Shown here in pieces: positions 24,357 through 36,300 of a stretch of DNA of 64,000 nucleotides. The stretch comes from Dendrobates tinctorius. Its lineage: Eukaryota. Positions within the stretch are counted from its first letter, which is position 1. Each line of letters begins with the position of its first letter. The notes below the pieces were generated by a model. It was not told the DNA's origin, searched no databases, and saw nothing but the letters and a program-made list of their open reading frames with translations. The stretch spans positions 8,432,001-8,496,000 of the forward strand of contig NW_027361810.1 of NCBI RefSeq assembly GCF_039654945.1, in the 5' to 3' direction. Made by a program: the position numbers and the translations under genes.

Positions 24357-27300
24357 CTGTGGGGGAGATGCAGAATTAATCACAGTAAGCTTTTCAATTA
24401 GTGTGAATATAATGTAAAATTCCACTGGTCTGGGAATCTCTTCTCACAGCTGAGGGTTTGTTACAGTTGTATCCTTTGAGCTACACAATTCAGACTGATA
24501 CATTGTAACAGACTATCATGACAGGAGATACTTGTGCTTCTGATGTGTTCAGCTCACAGAGGATTGGCCTGATTTGATAAAATTGTTGAACCAGCAGCTG
24601 TAACAATGTTCCAATTCATTGACCGCAAGCACTTGTCTTAGGGCCCCGTCACACATAGCGACTCACCAGCGATCCTGACAATCATATGAACTTGTCAGGA
24701 TCGCTGGTGTGTCGCTACATGATCGCTGGTGAGCTGTCAAACAGGCAGCTTCACCGGCGATCAGCACCAGAGACGACGAGCACGCGCGTCGCTGTGTACC
24801 TTAGATACCAGCGTGCTGGTGCAGGGAGCTCGTGTGCAAGGTAAACAGCGGGTTTCTAAGCACCGCGCGGCACTTAGAAACCCGCTGATTACCAGCTCCC
24901 TGCACCAGTGCGCTGGTATCTAAGGTACACTGCGGGTTTCTAAGTGACGTGCGGCGCTTAAAACCTGCTGTTTACCTTGGATACGAGCTGGGAGCTTGCT
25001 GATCGTTGGTCTCCTGCCTGCCACACGATGCGTGCTGGCCAGCGGGAGACCAACGATCAAAAAAAAAATCCAGGGCTTTCGAGCACGATCGGCGATACCC
25101 GACGGGGGGGGGGGGGGGGGGCGGTCGCTGATAGGTGTCACACAGCGATCTGGTGAGATCGCTATTGTTGTGACTCAGCAGCGATCTCGCTGTGTGTGAT
25201 GGGGGCTTTAGGCCTCTTTTACATGTCAATCTTTTGACGTCAGTTCCAATCCGTGAAAGTGTGAAAAAAGGATCCGTTGCAGTTTGCAAAAAAAACTGAT
25301 GCACCGGATCTGTTTTTTTAGACGGATCCGTTGCAGCAGCCAGAGTCTGAAATTTATAGGAACAGGTGTCGAGAGAGAGATTTTTTGGTCTGTTCCAGAA
25401 CGGCTTTTAGGGTTAAATTGCATGAATGGAAAAATCTTCTGAGCATGCTCAGTTGAAAAAAGCGGGTCCGCCGCAGAAAAAAACGTTTACTCCACACGGC
25501 GGACACTTAATTTCCAACGGATTTATCAAAAAAATGGATGCAATGATGACCATCCGTCACAATCTGCTGTTAATGTTAGTCTTTGGGGAAAAAAAACATT
25601 CCACCAAAAAAAGATCCGTTTTTTTAAAAAAAGGGCGGATTTTGACTGACGTCAAAAGACTGAAGTGTGAAAGAGGCCTTAAAGTGGTCACAATATTGAC
25701 ACAAGCCCTTATTCATTATTGTCTGTGTACTTTTTCTGGTGTAACCATGGTTCTAACAGTGACTGTATTTGATCATTATTTAATTTGCAAATTTTTAAAC
25801 TTCTCTTTACTTGGTTTTGTCTTTCACCATTTTGTCTACGGTTATCTTTATCCAGATATTTTGGCATAATTCATCATTTGTGACTGTAAAATCTCTAACC
25901 ATTTTTGTGCAGTGTTACTCCTGTAGTGGAGTCCAAAATCTTTGGCACAGTTAAACTAAAGTGCCATTTTCTGCACTAAAAAGATAAGATCCACAAAAAG
26001 TATCTTATTTTTTACAGGAAAGATATACAGTACATCTTTGCACCGTGTTAGCCAGTAGATAGAATATTTAGAATTGAGAGTCCTCAGTGGTTGATACCAT
26101 CTTTTCAGTTCGCCATTAAAAGGTAACACATTGCAGCTTTCGGTAGTCTCGAAACCACTGAGGACTCTCAATTCTAAATATTCTTATTTTTTTAAAAATT
26201 CACTCATCAGTCTTCCTCCAGTTCGACAAATGTGCTGCAGAAAACTGCAATAAAGATCACAAGACAAACACAGAAAAGTCACTAATATTAAAAAGAAATT
26301 ATGAATTGGAAGCCCAAGAGGGTAAATTTATTAAAACTGTCTTTTGTGCTCATCTAAAACAGAAGCCGCTGGGGAAAGATGCAATAAACTTTTTAAAGGA
26401 GCATGTTGTGCTGTGTGCACCTCAGGCTAAAGTCTTAAGAAAATACAAAATACTGTATCCACTGCAAGTCAGAATAAAAGTTGATATTAAGGGGACAGTA
26501 GGAGAAAATTAGGGAAGCGAATCCAGGAGAAAAGATTTTAAGTATGGGATCATTGTGGCAATTAAGAGCCTCTCCGGCTACTGTTGTTCTTACTAATTCT
26601 CGATTTTCTAATCTGTTCAGAAGTTAAGATTTTCCTTTTTCTTACCTAATATTCACTTACCGCCTTTTGCTGACTCTGGACCGTTCCTGAAACACAAAAC
26701 CTGAATATTAGTAGAAATAATAAATATATTCCAAGACCTACCTATTTCTTAAATAAAAGCCATTGATCGATCTCCCCCATAGATAAAAATGTAATTGGGG
26801 TCAATATGTTGCGGATTTTAGCAACGGATTTGTGCAGATAAAATCCGTGATGTAATAAGATTCCTGCATGTGGATTAGATTTTAGCTCAGCGTGTCAATT
26901 TATGTTGCAGATTTTATTCATTTAATTTAAGCAATGGATAAATCTATAGAGAATCCGCATGGTGCTTATGGGAAGTTTATGGCCTATTTTGCTGAAAATC
27001 TGCTGTGTATAATAAATTATAAAAATTATTTTTAATATATAAAGTGAGATAAGAGTCTGATTTCTGAGCTCTGATTGCGGCTGTTACTTGTCTGTGGCTC
27101 CCTCCAGCAGGGTGCGGTAGGCGTGGATCTCATTCTCCAGCTTGGATTTTAGGTTCAGGAGGGCATCGTAGTCCCTGACTTGCCGCTCGATGTCAGAGCG
27201 ACAGGCGGCCAGCTCGTCCTGGAGTCGCGTCAGGAGGCGATTCAGCTCCATCAGGCTGGATCCATAGTGATCTTCTGTGTTCTTCAAGACGTGATCTAAA

Positions 27301-30300
27301 GAGTCCACCTGGGAATGAAGCAAAATGAAGGGGAGGTCACCAAGTGCACAGGGGGCAGATGGCATCTTCTAAACCGAAATGACGAAGGAAGTTCATTTTG
27401 AAAAGCGCGTCGGGGCGCGTTCTCAGGCATTCTCCGGCTCATTAGGTATCATTTTATTTCTTGCTCCCATCACCTTCCCCCCTCACATTGTGTGACACTC
27501 TTGTAGTGTCTTTTGTTTGTTCACTGCACACACTTTTTTAAACAATTTTTTTCATTGCACTATTGTCTGCACAGCTGCTGTTGTTATTATTCTTTATTAT
27601 TTTTTGTGTACTGTGTTTACAGAATTTTGGATATTTATTATTCTATGGTGCACTGTATACACAATTCCTTTTGGGGGCTTCATTAATGTTCCATCAATAT
27701 TTATTTTTATTTTTCTTTTTTCATTTTCCTTCTGAGCCTGTGCCTTATGGGTATACATTTTACCCTATGTTGTAGGATATTATAACCCAATATTACACAT
27801 TTATTTGGGATGCCTTTTTATTATTCATTTTTTATTTTATTTTATTTAAGTGTACACCCATTTATATATTATAGGTGTTTTTACCCATTCTCACGTGTTG
27901 CTGTACACATCATTTCCACTTTGGCACTCTGTCAGTATTATCTTCCACCATACTCATTGGTATTGGGTTCTAAACCGAAATGGCGCAACTTGTATGTGAA
28001 TTTTATGCCAAAGTGACAAGTAACAACACTTAGAAATCTTAAACTATGTCCACTCTCCTCGGTGCATCCTACATCCCACAATGGAGGGTCCTCCTCACCG
28101 TTTTTTGGAGGGTCTGACGTTCCATCTCTAAGGTCTGTAGCTGGCGCCGGAGGTCGGCCGCCTCATTCTTGGCTTGGTCCAGCGCCTTTGTGTTCACGCT
28201 TGTCTCCTGGGAAAGGGAATCGAACTGCGGCAAAGATGAAAAACTTTAAGACCATGTTCACACGTTTTGCTGCTTTTTTTATGCTCATTTTAAGCTGTGA
28301 GTTACGGTACCAGAAAAAGCTATGACGTTTCTGAAATCAACTGCGCAAACCTTGTTTTCTTTTCCTTCAGGATTTGGAAAACTGCTGCATTTTTGCAAAC
28401 TGCAGCATGTCACTTTCAGCGTTTTTGCAGCATTTTTTTTTACCCGTAGAAAGCAATGGGTAAGTGTAAAAACGCAGCAAAAATTGCAGGTATCGGGCTT
28501 TGGTGCAAAAACCTAAGGAAGTTGCAACATGATTTTTTTTTTTGAGGGAAACTAAAGTTCATCAGCATGCACAAGAGACAACAAGAAGGGCAGCAAAACC
28601 GGCTTTTTTGTAAGCAGCTTCTTTACTGGCAAGAGAGCAGGAAAGAAAAAAAAAAAAAAAGTATAGCAAAAATGCAACGTGTGAACATAGCATAAATGTA
28701 AACTCATATCCAGATGAGAGCAAAGTTCCAGCAACCACAGCGAGAGTCACAAAGTCACCGAGGCTTCAGAGCACAGCAGAGACCCTGCGATCTCCCCTTC
28801 TCTGTGCATCACCCCCTCTTTTTTTGCCGTGCATGCTTAGATTGTAAAACAACAATAAAAAGGGACCCCATTATGAAATCCATCACAACATAATGATTCA
28901 TAAAGGGAAACCTCAATTGAAAAGGGCTGATAGTCCTCTAAACTCTGGGATATTGGCACATAATTTGCTGAAGGTTCACTAGAAGCCCCTCGCTTCCAGA
29001 TATGAGAGTGGTCCCAACTCTTAGACCCACACATATACAGCTCAAAGATGAGGCATCAGGATATAATTAAACGTGAACTACCCCTTTGAGAAAAACCTAC
29101 GTAATATTATACTACATTGTTACAATGACTCCATTTGTGAGTTACAGACTGATACAGATATATACTGGGCAAATTTGATTCAATTTGTATTTTTCTTTTG
29201 GTCTTGCCTTGTTTTGATACGCATTCTCCGCATCCGCCCGGTTCTGCTCAGCCATTTTCTCATACTGGCTGCGGATCTGAGCGATGCTTTCGTTCAGGTC
29301 TGGCTTTTTTGGTGCGTCCACTTCAACCCTTACATTGTTAGTGGCTATGAGAGCCTGCATGGCCGCCACTTCCTGTAAGATAGAAAAAGGAGGCTGTGAC
29401 CACCGCTAGATAGCGGAACTAATATCCGTGTCTAATAACTTAAAGCTATAACATGTAAACACTGAAAATATGAAATTGGAACTGCATTACTGCTGTAGAA
29501 AACATGTTAACATAGAGCTTGCGCCTAGCTGTCCATATCATCGTAGGCTTATAGCCCGGGAGAGGCAGCATGTTAGGTTAGAGAGGTGCGCCTTGTCGCT
29601 GTGGTTGAGCACAAGTAAAATGGCCAATTTGTGCATTAAGTACCTTCATTATTTAACAGGTTTTCTACAGCAACAATGCAATTCCATATATTTAATGTTT
29701 ACATAAAACGTTTCAGAGTGTAGCTTTAATTTGTTATACAGAGCGGCTCTCTTAGCTTAAACCTGTTCACACTTGGCTTTTTCTGTTTGTCAGCAAAATG
29801 TTGACAGATTTCATACGGCAACCAGCAGAATTCTGAATGCAGCTTTGGATGTGATTGGAGTGTAAGAGAAGAGGTACAGTGTACATGAAGCCAAGTGTTT
29901 ACAAAGTTACTCAACTTCTGTATGTAAACATAAACACGCAGTGTAATCTGTGAGCAAGAAACCGCACACTGCTACATAATGTCAGATGAAAGAAAACCAA
30001 ACACACAGAACATACAGGGCTGAACCCGGATGAGGAGCACACCCGCTAAATAAATATGACAACTCTGTGCTACAGAAGGTGACGGATTCCTTATCAAGTG
30101 ACATTACTGAACTGAGATAAATAATAATGATGAAATAGAATCAGAGAAGTAATATATTAGTAACATATTGTAGACAGGGGTAGTTGTTATATTCTTGTAC
30201 ATGGGGGCAGTATTATAGTAGATATATTCTTGTACATGGGGGCAGTATTATAGTAGTTATATTCTTGTACATAGCAGCAGTATTATAGTAGTTATATTCT

Positions 30301-33300
30301 TGTACATGGGGGCAGTATTATAGTAGTTATATTCTTGTACATAGCAGCAGTATTATAGTAGTTATATTCTTGTACATAGCAGCAGTATTATAGTAGTTAT
30401 ATTCTTGAACATAGGGGCAGTATTATAGTAGTTATATTCTTGTATATAGGGGCAGTATTATAGTAGTTATATTCTTGTACATAGGGGCAGTATTATAGTA
30501 GTTATATTCTTGTATATAGGGGCAGTATTATAGTAGTTATATTCTTGTAAATAGGGAGCAGTATTGTAGTAGTTATATTCTTGTACATAGGGACAGTATT
30601 ATAGTAGTTATATTCTTGTATATAGGGAGCAGTATTATAGTAGTTATATTCTTGTACATAGGGGCAGTATTATAGTAGTTATATTCTTGTATATAGGGGC
30701 AGTATTATAGTAGTTATATTCTTGTCCATAGGGGGCAGTATTATAGTAGTTCTATTGTACATAGGAGCAGTATTATATTAGTTATATTCTTGTACATAGG
30801 GAGCAGTATTATAGTAGTTATATTCTTGTACATAGGGAGCAGTATTATAGTAGTTATATTCTTGTACATAGGGAGCAGTATTATAGTAGTTATATTCTTG
30901 TACATAGGGAGCAGTATTATAGTAGTTATATTCTTGTATATAGGGGCAGTATTACAGTAGTTATATTATTGTACATAGGAGCAGTATTATAGTAGTTATA
31001 TTCTTGTATATAGGGGCAGTATTATAGTAGTTATATTCTTGTCCATAGGGGGCAGTATTATAGTAGTTCTATTGTACATAGGAGCAGTATTATAGTAGTT
31101 ATATTCTTGTACATAGGGAGCAGTATTACAGTAGTTATATTCTTGTATATAGGGGCAGTATTATAGTAGTTCTATTGTACATAGGAGCAGTATTATAGTA
31201 GTTGTATTCTTGTACATAGGGGCAGTATTATAGTAGCTATATTCTTGTACATAGGGAGCAGTATTATAGTAGTTATATTCTTGTATATAGAGGCAGTAAT
31301 ACAGTAGTTATATTCTTGTATATAGGGGCAGTATTATAGTAGTTATATTCTTGTACATAGGGAGCAGTATTATAGTAGTTATATTCTTGTACATAGGGGG
31401 CAGTATTATAATAGTTCTATTGTACATAGGAGCAGTATTATAGTAGTTATATTCTTGTACATAGGGAGCAGTATTATAGTAGTTATATTCTTGTATATAG
31501 AGGCAGTATTACAGTAGTTATATTCTTGTATATAGGGGCAGTATTATAGTAGTTATATTCTTGTACATAGATGCAGTATTATAGTAGTTATATTCTTGTA
31601 CATAGGGGGCAGTATTATAATAGTTCTATTGTACATAGGGGCAGTATTATAGTAGTTATATTCTTGTACATAGGGAGCAGTATTATAGTAGTTATATTCT
31701 TGTATATAGAGGCAGTATTACAGTAGTTATATTCTTGTATATAGGGGCAGTATTATAGTAGTTATATTCTTGTACATAGGGAGCAGTATTATAGTAGTTA
31801 TATTCTTGTACATAGACGCAGTATTATAGTAGTTATATTCTTGTACATAGGGGGCAGTATTATAGTAGTTATATTCTTGTACATAGGAGCAGTATTATAG
31901 TAGTTATATTCTTGTATATAGGGCCAGTATTATAGTAGTTATATTCGTCTACATAGGGGCAGTATTATAGTAGTTATATTCTTGTACATAGGAGCAGTAT
32001 TATAGTAGTTATATTCTTGTACATAGGGGGCAGTATTATAATAGTTCTGTTCATAGGAGCAGTATTATAGTAGTTATATTCTTGTACATAGGGGCAGTAT
32101 TATAGTAGTTATATTGTACATAGGAGCAGTATTATAGTAGTTATATTCTTGTACATAGGGGCAGTATTATAGTAGTTCTATTCTTGTACATAGGGGCAGT
32201 ATTATAGTAGTTATATTCTTGTACATAGGGGGCAGTATTATAATAGTTCTATTGTACATAGGAGCAGTATTATAGTAGTTATATTCTTGTATATAGAGGC
32301 AGTATTACAGTAGTTATATTCTTGTATATAGGGGCAGTATTATAGTAGTTATATTCTTGTACATAGATGCAGTATTATAGTAGTTATATTCTTGTACATA
32401 GGGGGCAGTATTATAATAGTTCTATTGTACATAGGGGCAGTATTATAGTAGTTATATTCTTGTACATAGGGAGCAGTATTATAGTAGTTATATTCTTGTA
32501 TATAGGGGCAGTATTACAGTAGTTATATTATTGTACATAGGAGCAGTATTATAGTAGTTATATTCTTGTATATAGGGGCAGTATTATAGTAGTTATATTC
32601 TTGTCCATAGGGGGCAGTATTATAGTAGTTCTATTGTACATAGGAGCAGTATTATAGTAGTTATATTCTTGTACATAGGGAGCAGTATTACAGTAGTTAT
32701 ATTCTTGTATATAGGGGCAGTATTACAGTAGTTATATTATTGTACATAGGAGCAGTATTATAGTAGTTATATTCTTGTATATAGGGGCAGTATTATAGTA
32801 GTTATATTCTTGTCCATAGGGGGCAGTATTATAGTAGTTCTATTGTACATAGGAGCAGTATTATAGTAGTTATATTCTTGTACATAGGGAGCAGTATTAC
32901 AGTAGTTATATTCTTGTACATAGGGGCAGTATTACAGTAGTTATATTATTGTACATAGGAGCAGTATTATAGTAGTTATATTCTTGTATATAGGGGCAGT
33001 ATTATAGTAGTTATATTCTTGTCCATAGGGGGCAGTATTATAGTAGTTCTATTGTACATAGGAGCAGTATTATAGTAGTTATATTCTTGTACATAGGGAG
33101 CAGTATTACAGTAGTTATATTCTTGTATATAGGGGCAGTATTATAGTAGTTCTATTGTACATAGGAGCAGTATTATAGTAGTTGTATTCTTGTACATAGG
33201 GGCAGTATTATAGTAGCTATATTCTTGTACATAGGGAGCAGTATTATAGTAGTTATATTCTTGTATATAGAGGCAGTAATACAGTAGTTATATTCTTGTA

Positions 33301-36300
33301 TATAGGGGCAGTATTATAGTAGTTATATTCTTGTACATAGGGAGCAGTATTATAGTAGTTATATTCTTGTACATAGGGGGCAGTATTATAATAGTTCTAT
33401 TGTACATAGGAGCAGTATTATAGTAGTTATATTCTTGTACATAGGGAGCAGTATTATAGTAGTTATATTCTTGTATATAGAGGCAGTATTACAGTAGTTA
33501 TATTCTTGTATATAGGGGCAGTATTATAGTAGTTATATTCTTGTACATAGATGCAGTATTATAGTAGTTATATTCTTGTACATAGGGGGCAGTATTATAA
33601 TAGTTCTATTGTACATAGGGGCAGTATTATAGTAGTTAAATTCTTGTACATAGGGAGCAGTATTATAGTAGTTATATTCTTGTATATAGAGGCAGTATTA
33701 CAGTAGTTATATTCTTGTATATAGGGGCAGTATTATAGTAGTTATATTCTTGTACATAGGGAGCAGTATTATAGTAGTTATATTCTTGTACATAGACGCA
33801 GTATTATAGTAGTTATATTCTTGTACATAGGGGGCAGTATTATAGTAGTTATATTCTTGTACATAGGAGCAGTATTATAGTAGTTATATTCTTGTATATA
33901 GGGCCAGTATTATAGTAGTTATATTCGTCTACATAGGGGCAGTATTATAGTAGTTATATTCTTGTACATAGGAGCAGTATTATAGTAGTTATATTCTTGT
34001 ACATAGGGGGCAGTATTATAATAGTTCTGTTCATAGGAGCAGTATTATAGTAGTTATATTCTTGTACATAGGGGCAGTATTATAGTAGTTATATTGTACA
34101 TAGGAGCAGTATTATAGTAGTTATATTCTTGTACATAGGGGCAGTATTATAGTAGTTCTATTCTTGTACATAGGGGCAGTATTATAGTAGTTATATTCTT
34201 GTACATAGGGGGCAGTATTATAATAGTTCTATTGTACATAGGAGCAGTATTATAGTAGTTATATTCTTGTACATAGGGGCAGTATTATAATAGTTCTATT
34301 GTACATAGGAGCAGTATTATAGTAGTTATATTCTTGTACATAGGGGGCAGTATTATAGTAGTTATATTCTTGTACATAGGAGCAGTATTATAGTGGTTAT
34401 ATTCTTGTATATAGGGCCAGTATTATAGTAGTTATATTCTTGTACATAGGAGCAGTATTATAGTGGTTATATTCTTGTATATAGGGCCAGTATTATAGTA
34501 GTTATATTCTTGTACATAGGAGCAGTATTATAGTAGTTATATTCTTGTACATAGGGGCAGTATTATAGTAGTTATATTCTTGTACATAGGGGGCAGTATT
34601 ATAATAGTTATATTCTTGTACAGAGGGAGCAGTATTATAGTAGTTATATTCTTGTACACAGGGGGCAGTATTATAGTAGTTATATTCCTGTACATAGGGG
34701 ACAGTATTATACCGTCTTTCCCCGAATATAAGACACCCCCGAATGTAAGACGTACTAGGGGAATAATGGGGGATGCCTAATGTAAGACATCCCCCGTTTA
34801 TAAGACATAGCGGATCAGCGGTGCCCCGAAAGTAAGACGTTGTGCGGTACCGGTATAATGCATTAGGTTTAACATACCGGTACCGGTGCCTGTGTCCCCC
34901 GGGCAGAAGTCAGGGCCTCTCTGATTGGCCCAGCGGCTTCTGTGAGCCCGCCCGCCGGCCGCCGCCCTGACGTCACCGCTCATTGGCCAGTGTCCCCCTG
35001 CACGAGGAAGAAGAAGCCTGCCCTGCCCTGTCCCGCACCGCAGAGGAATCGCCATCCGGTAAGCAATGGCTGTGGGATACTGTACCATACCGTAATGGCA
35101 AGCTGTGGGATACTGTACAATGGCAGGCTGTGGGATACTGTACAATAATGGCAGGCTGTGGGATACTGTACAATAATGGCAGGCTGTGGGATACTGTACA
35201 ATGGCAGGCTGTGAGATACCGTACTGTAATGGCAGCAACCCTTCTGTATGGCAGGCTGCTGTGGGATACTGTATGGGACTGTATGGGTGACTGTGATACG
35301 GAACCATAAGCAATGCTTATACGCTATATTTTTGCCCCCAGACATGAGTGTTTCCGGTCCAAGTAAAAGGAAGAGCTACTCTGTGGAGTATAAAAAAGCC
35401 ATGGTTGAAGAATCTTGGGGCAAAAATGTAGTGGAGTTCTGCAAGGAGAAGATGTTGGATCACCGACTGTTCCAAAAATGGCGTGCAGAATACACTAACC
35501 TGAGTGAGAAAGCGGAGAGTGGAATGGCTAAAAGGCGTAAGGTTGGATGTGGTCGGCAGCCAATGTATCCCGAGCTGGAAAGCCTGGTGTGTGAGTGGGT
35601 TGCTGACAGGAGAGCGAAGACATTGGTGGTGACCAGGGCTCAGATTCAGGAGTATGCCCTTGCTGTGGCACCACAGTTTGACATTACCCCTGAACAATTC
35701 AAGGCGTCACAGCACTGGGTGGATAACTTCATGGAACGCAATGACCTGTCTCTGAGAAGATCCACGACCCTCTTTAGGCTGGAAGATGCAGAGATTGTGA
35801 AACGTGCATTTGCCTACAAGAAGTTTGTGGATGACACTGACTTCTCCAAATACAATCTTTGCCACATGAGCGCCATGGATGAAACTGCTGTGTTCATGGG
35901 CCAAGCAGCTCAAACCACCGTTGATCAACGAGGTGCCTCCTCAGTGTACGTTCCCTCCACCGCTTATGAAAGTGCACGTGTCACCTGCATTTTGGCGATT
36001 CGTCTGGATGGCACTAAAGTCACACCTTTGCTGATTTCAAAGGGCAAGAAGGACAAGATAGAGCGGGTTTCTGGTATTTATGTGCTGGAAACGGAAAAAG
36101 CCTGGGCCACACAAGCGGTTATAAGGAAGTGGCTTGATTTAATGCTGCCGCTTGTTATGCGAGGGAGCAAAAGAGGGATGCTGATCTGGGATGCAGCCAG
36201 CACACACCGGGCTAAAGACATGAAAAACTTCCTTCATGAGCGATGTATCGACCAGATCATGATTCCGGCAGGGATGACGGCTTATCTCCAGACTCTGGAT

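Noticed and set aside
35248-35343. Extra 32 N-terminal residues of the 472-aa transposase ORF
   Set aside because: They derive from the internal minisatellite and an acceptor-like tract. Transposase-like sequence starts at ATG 35344.
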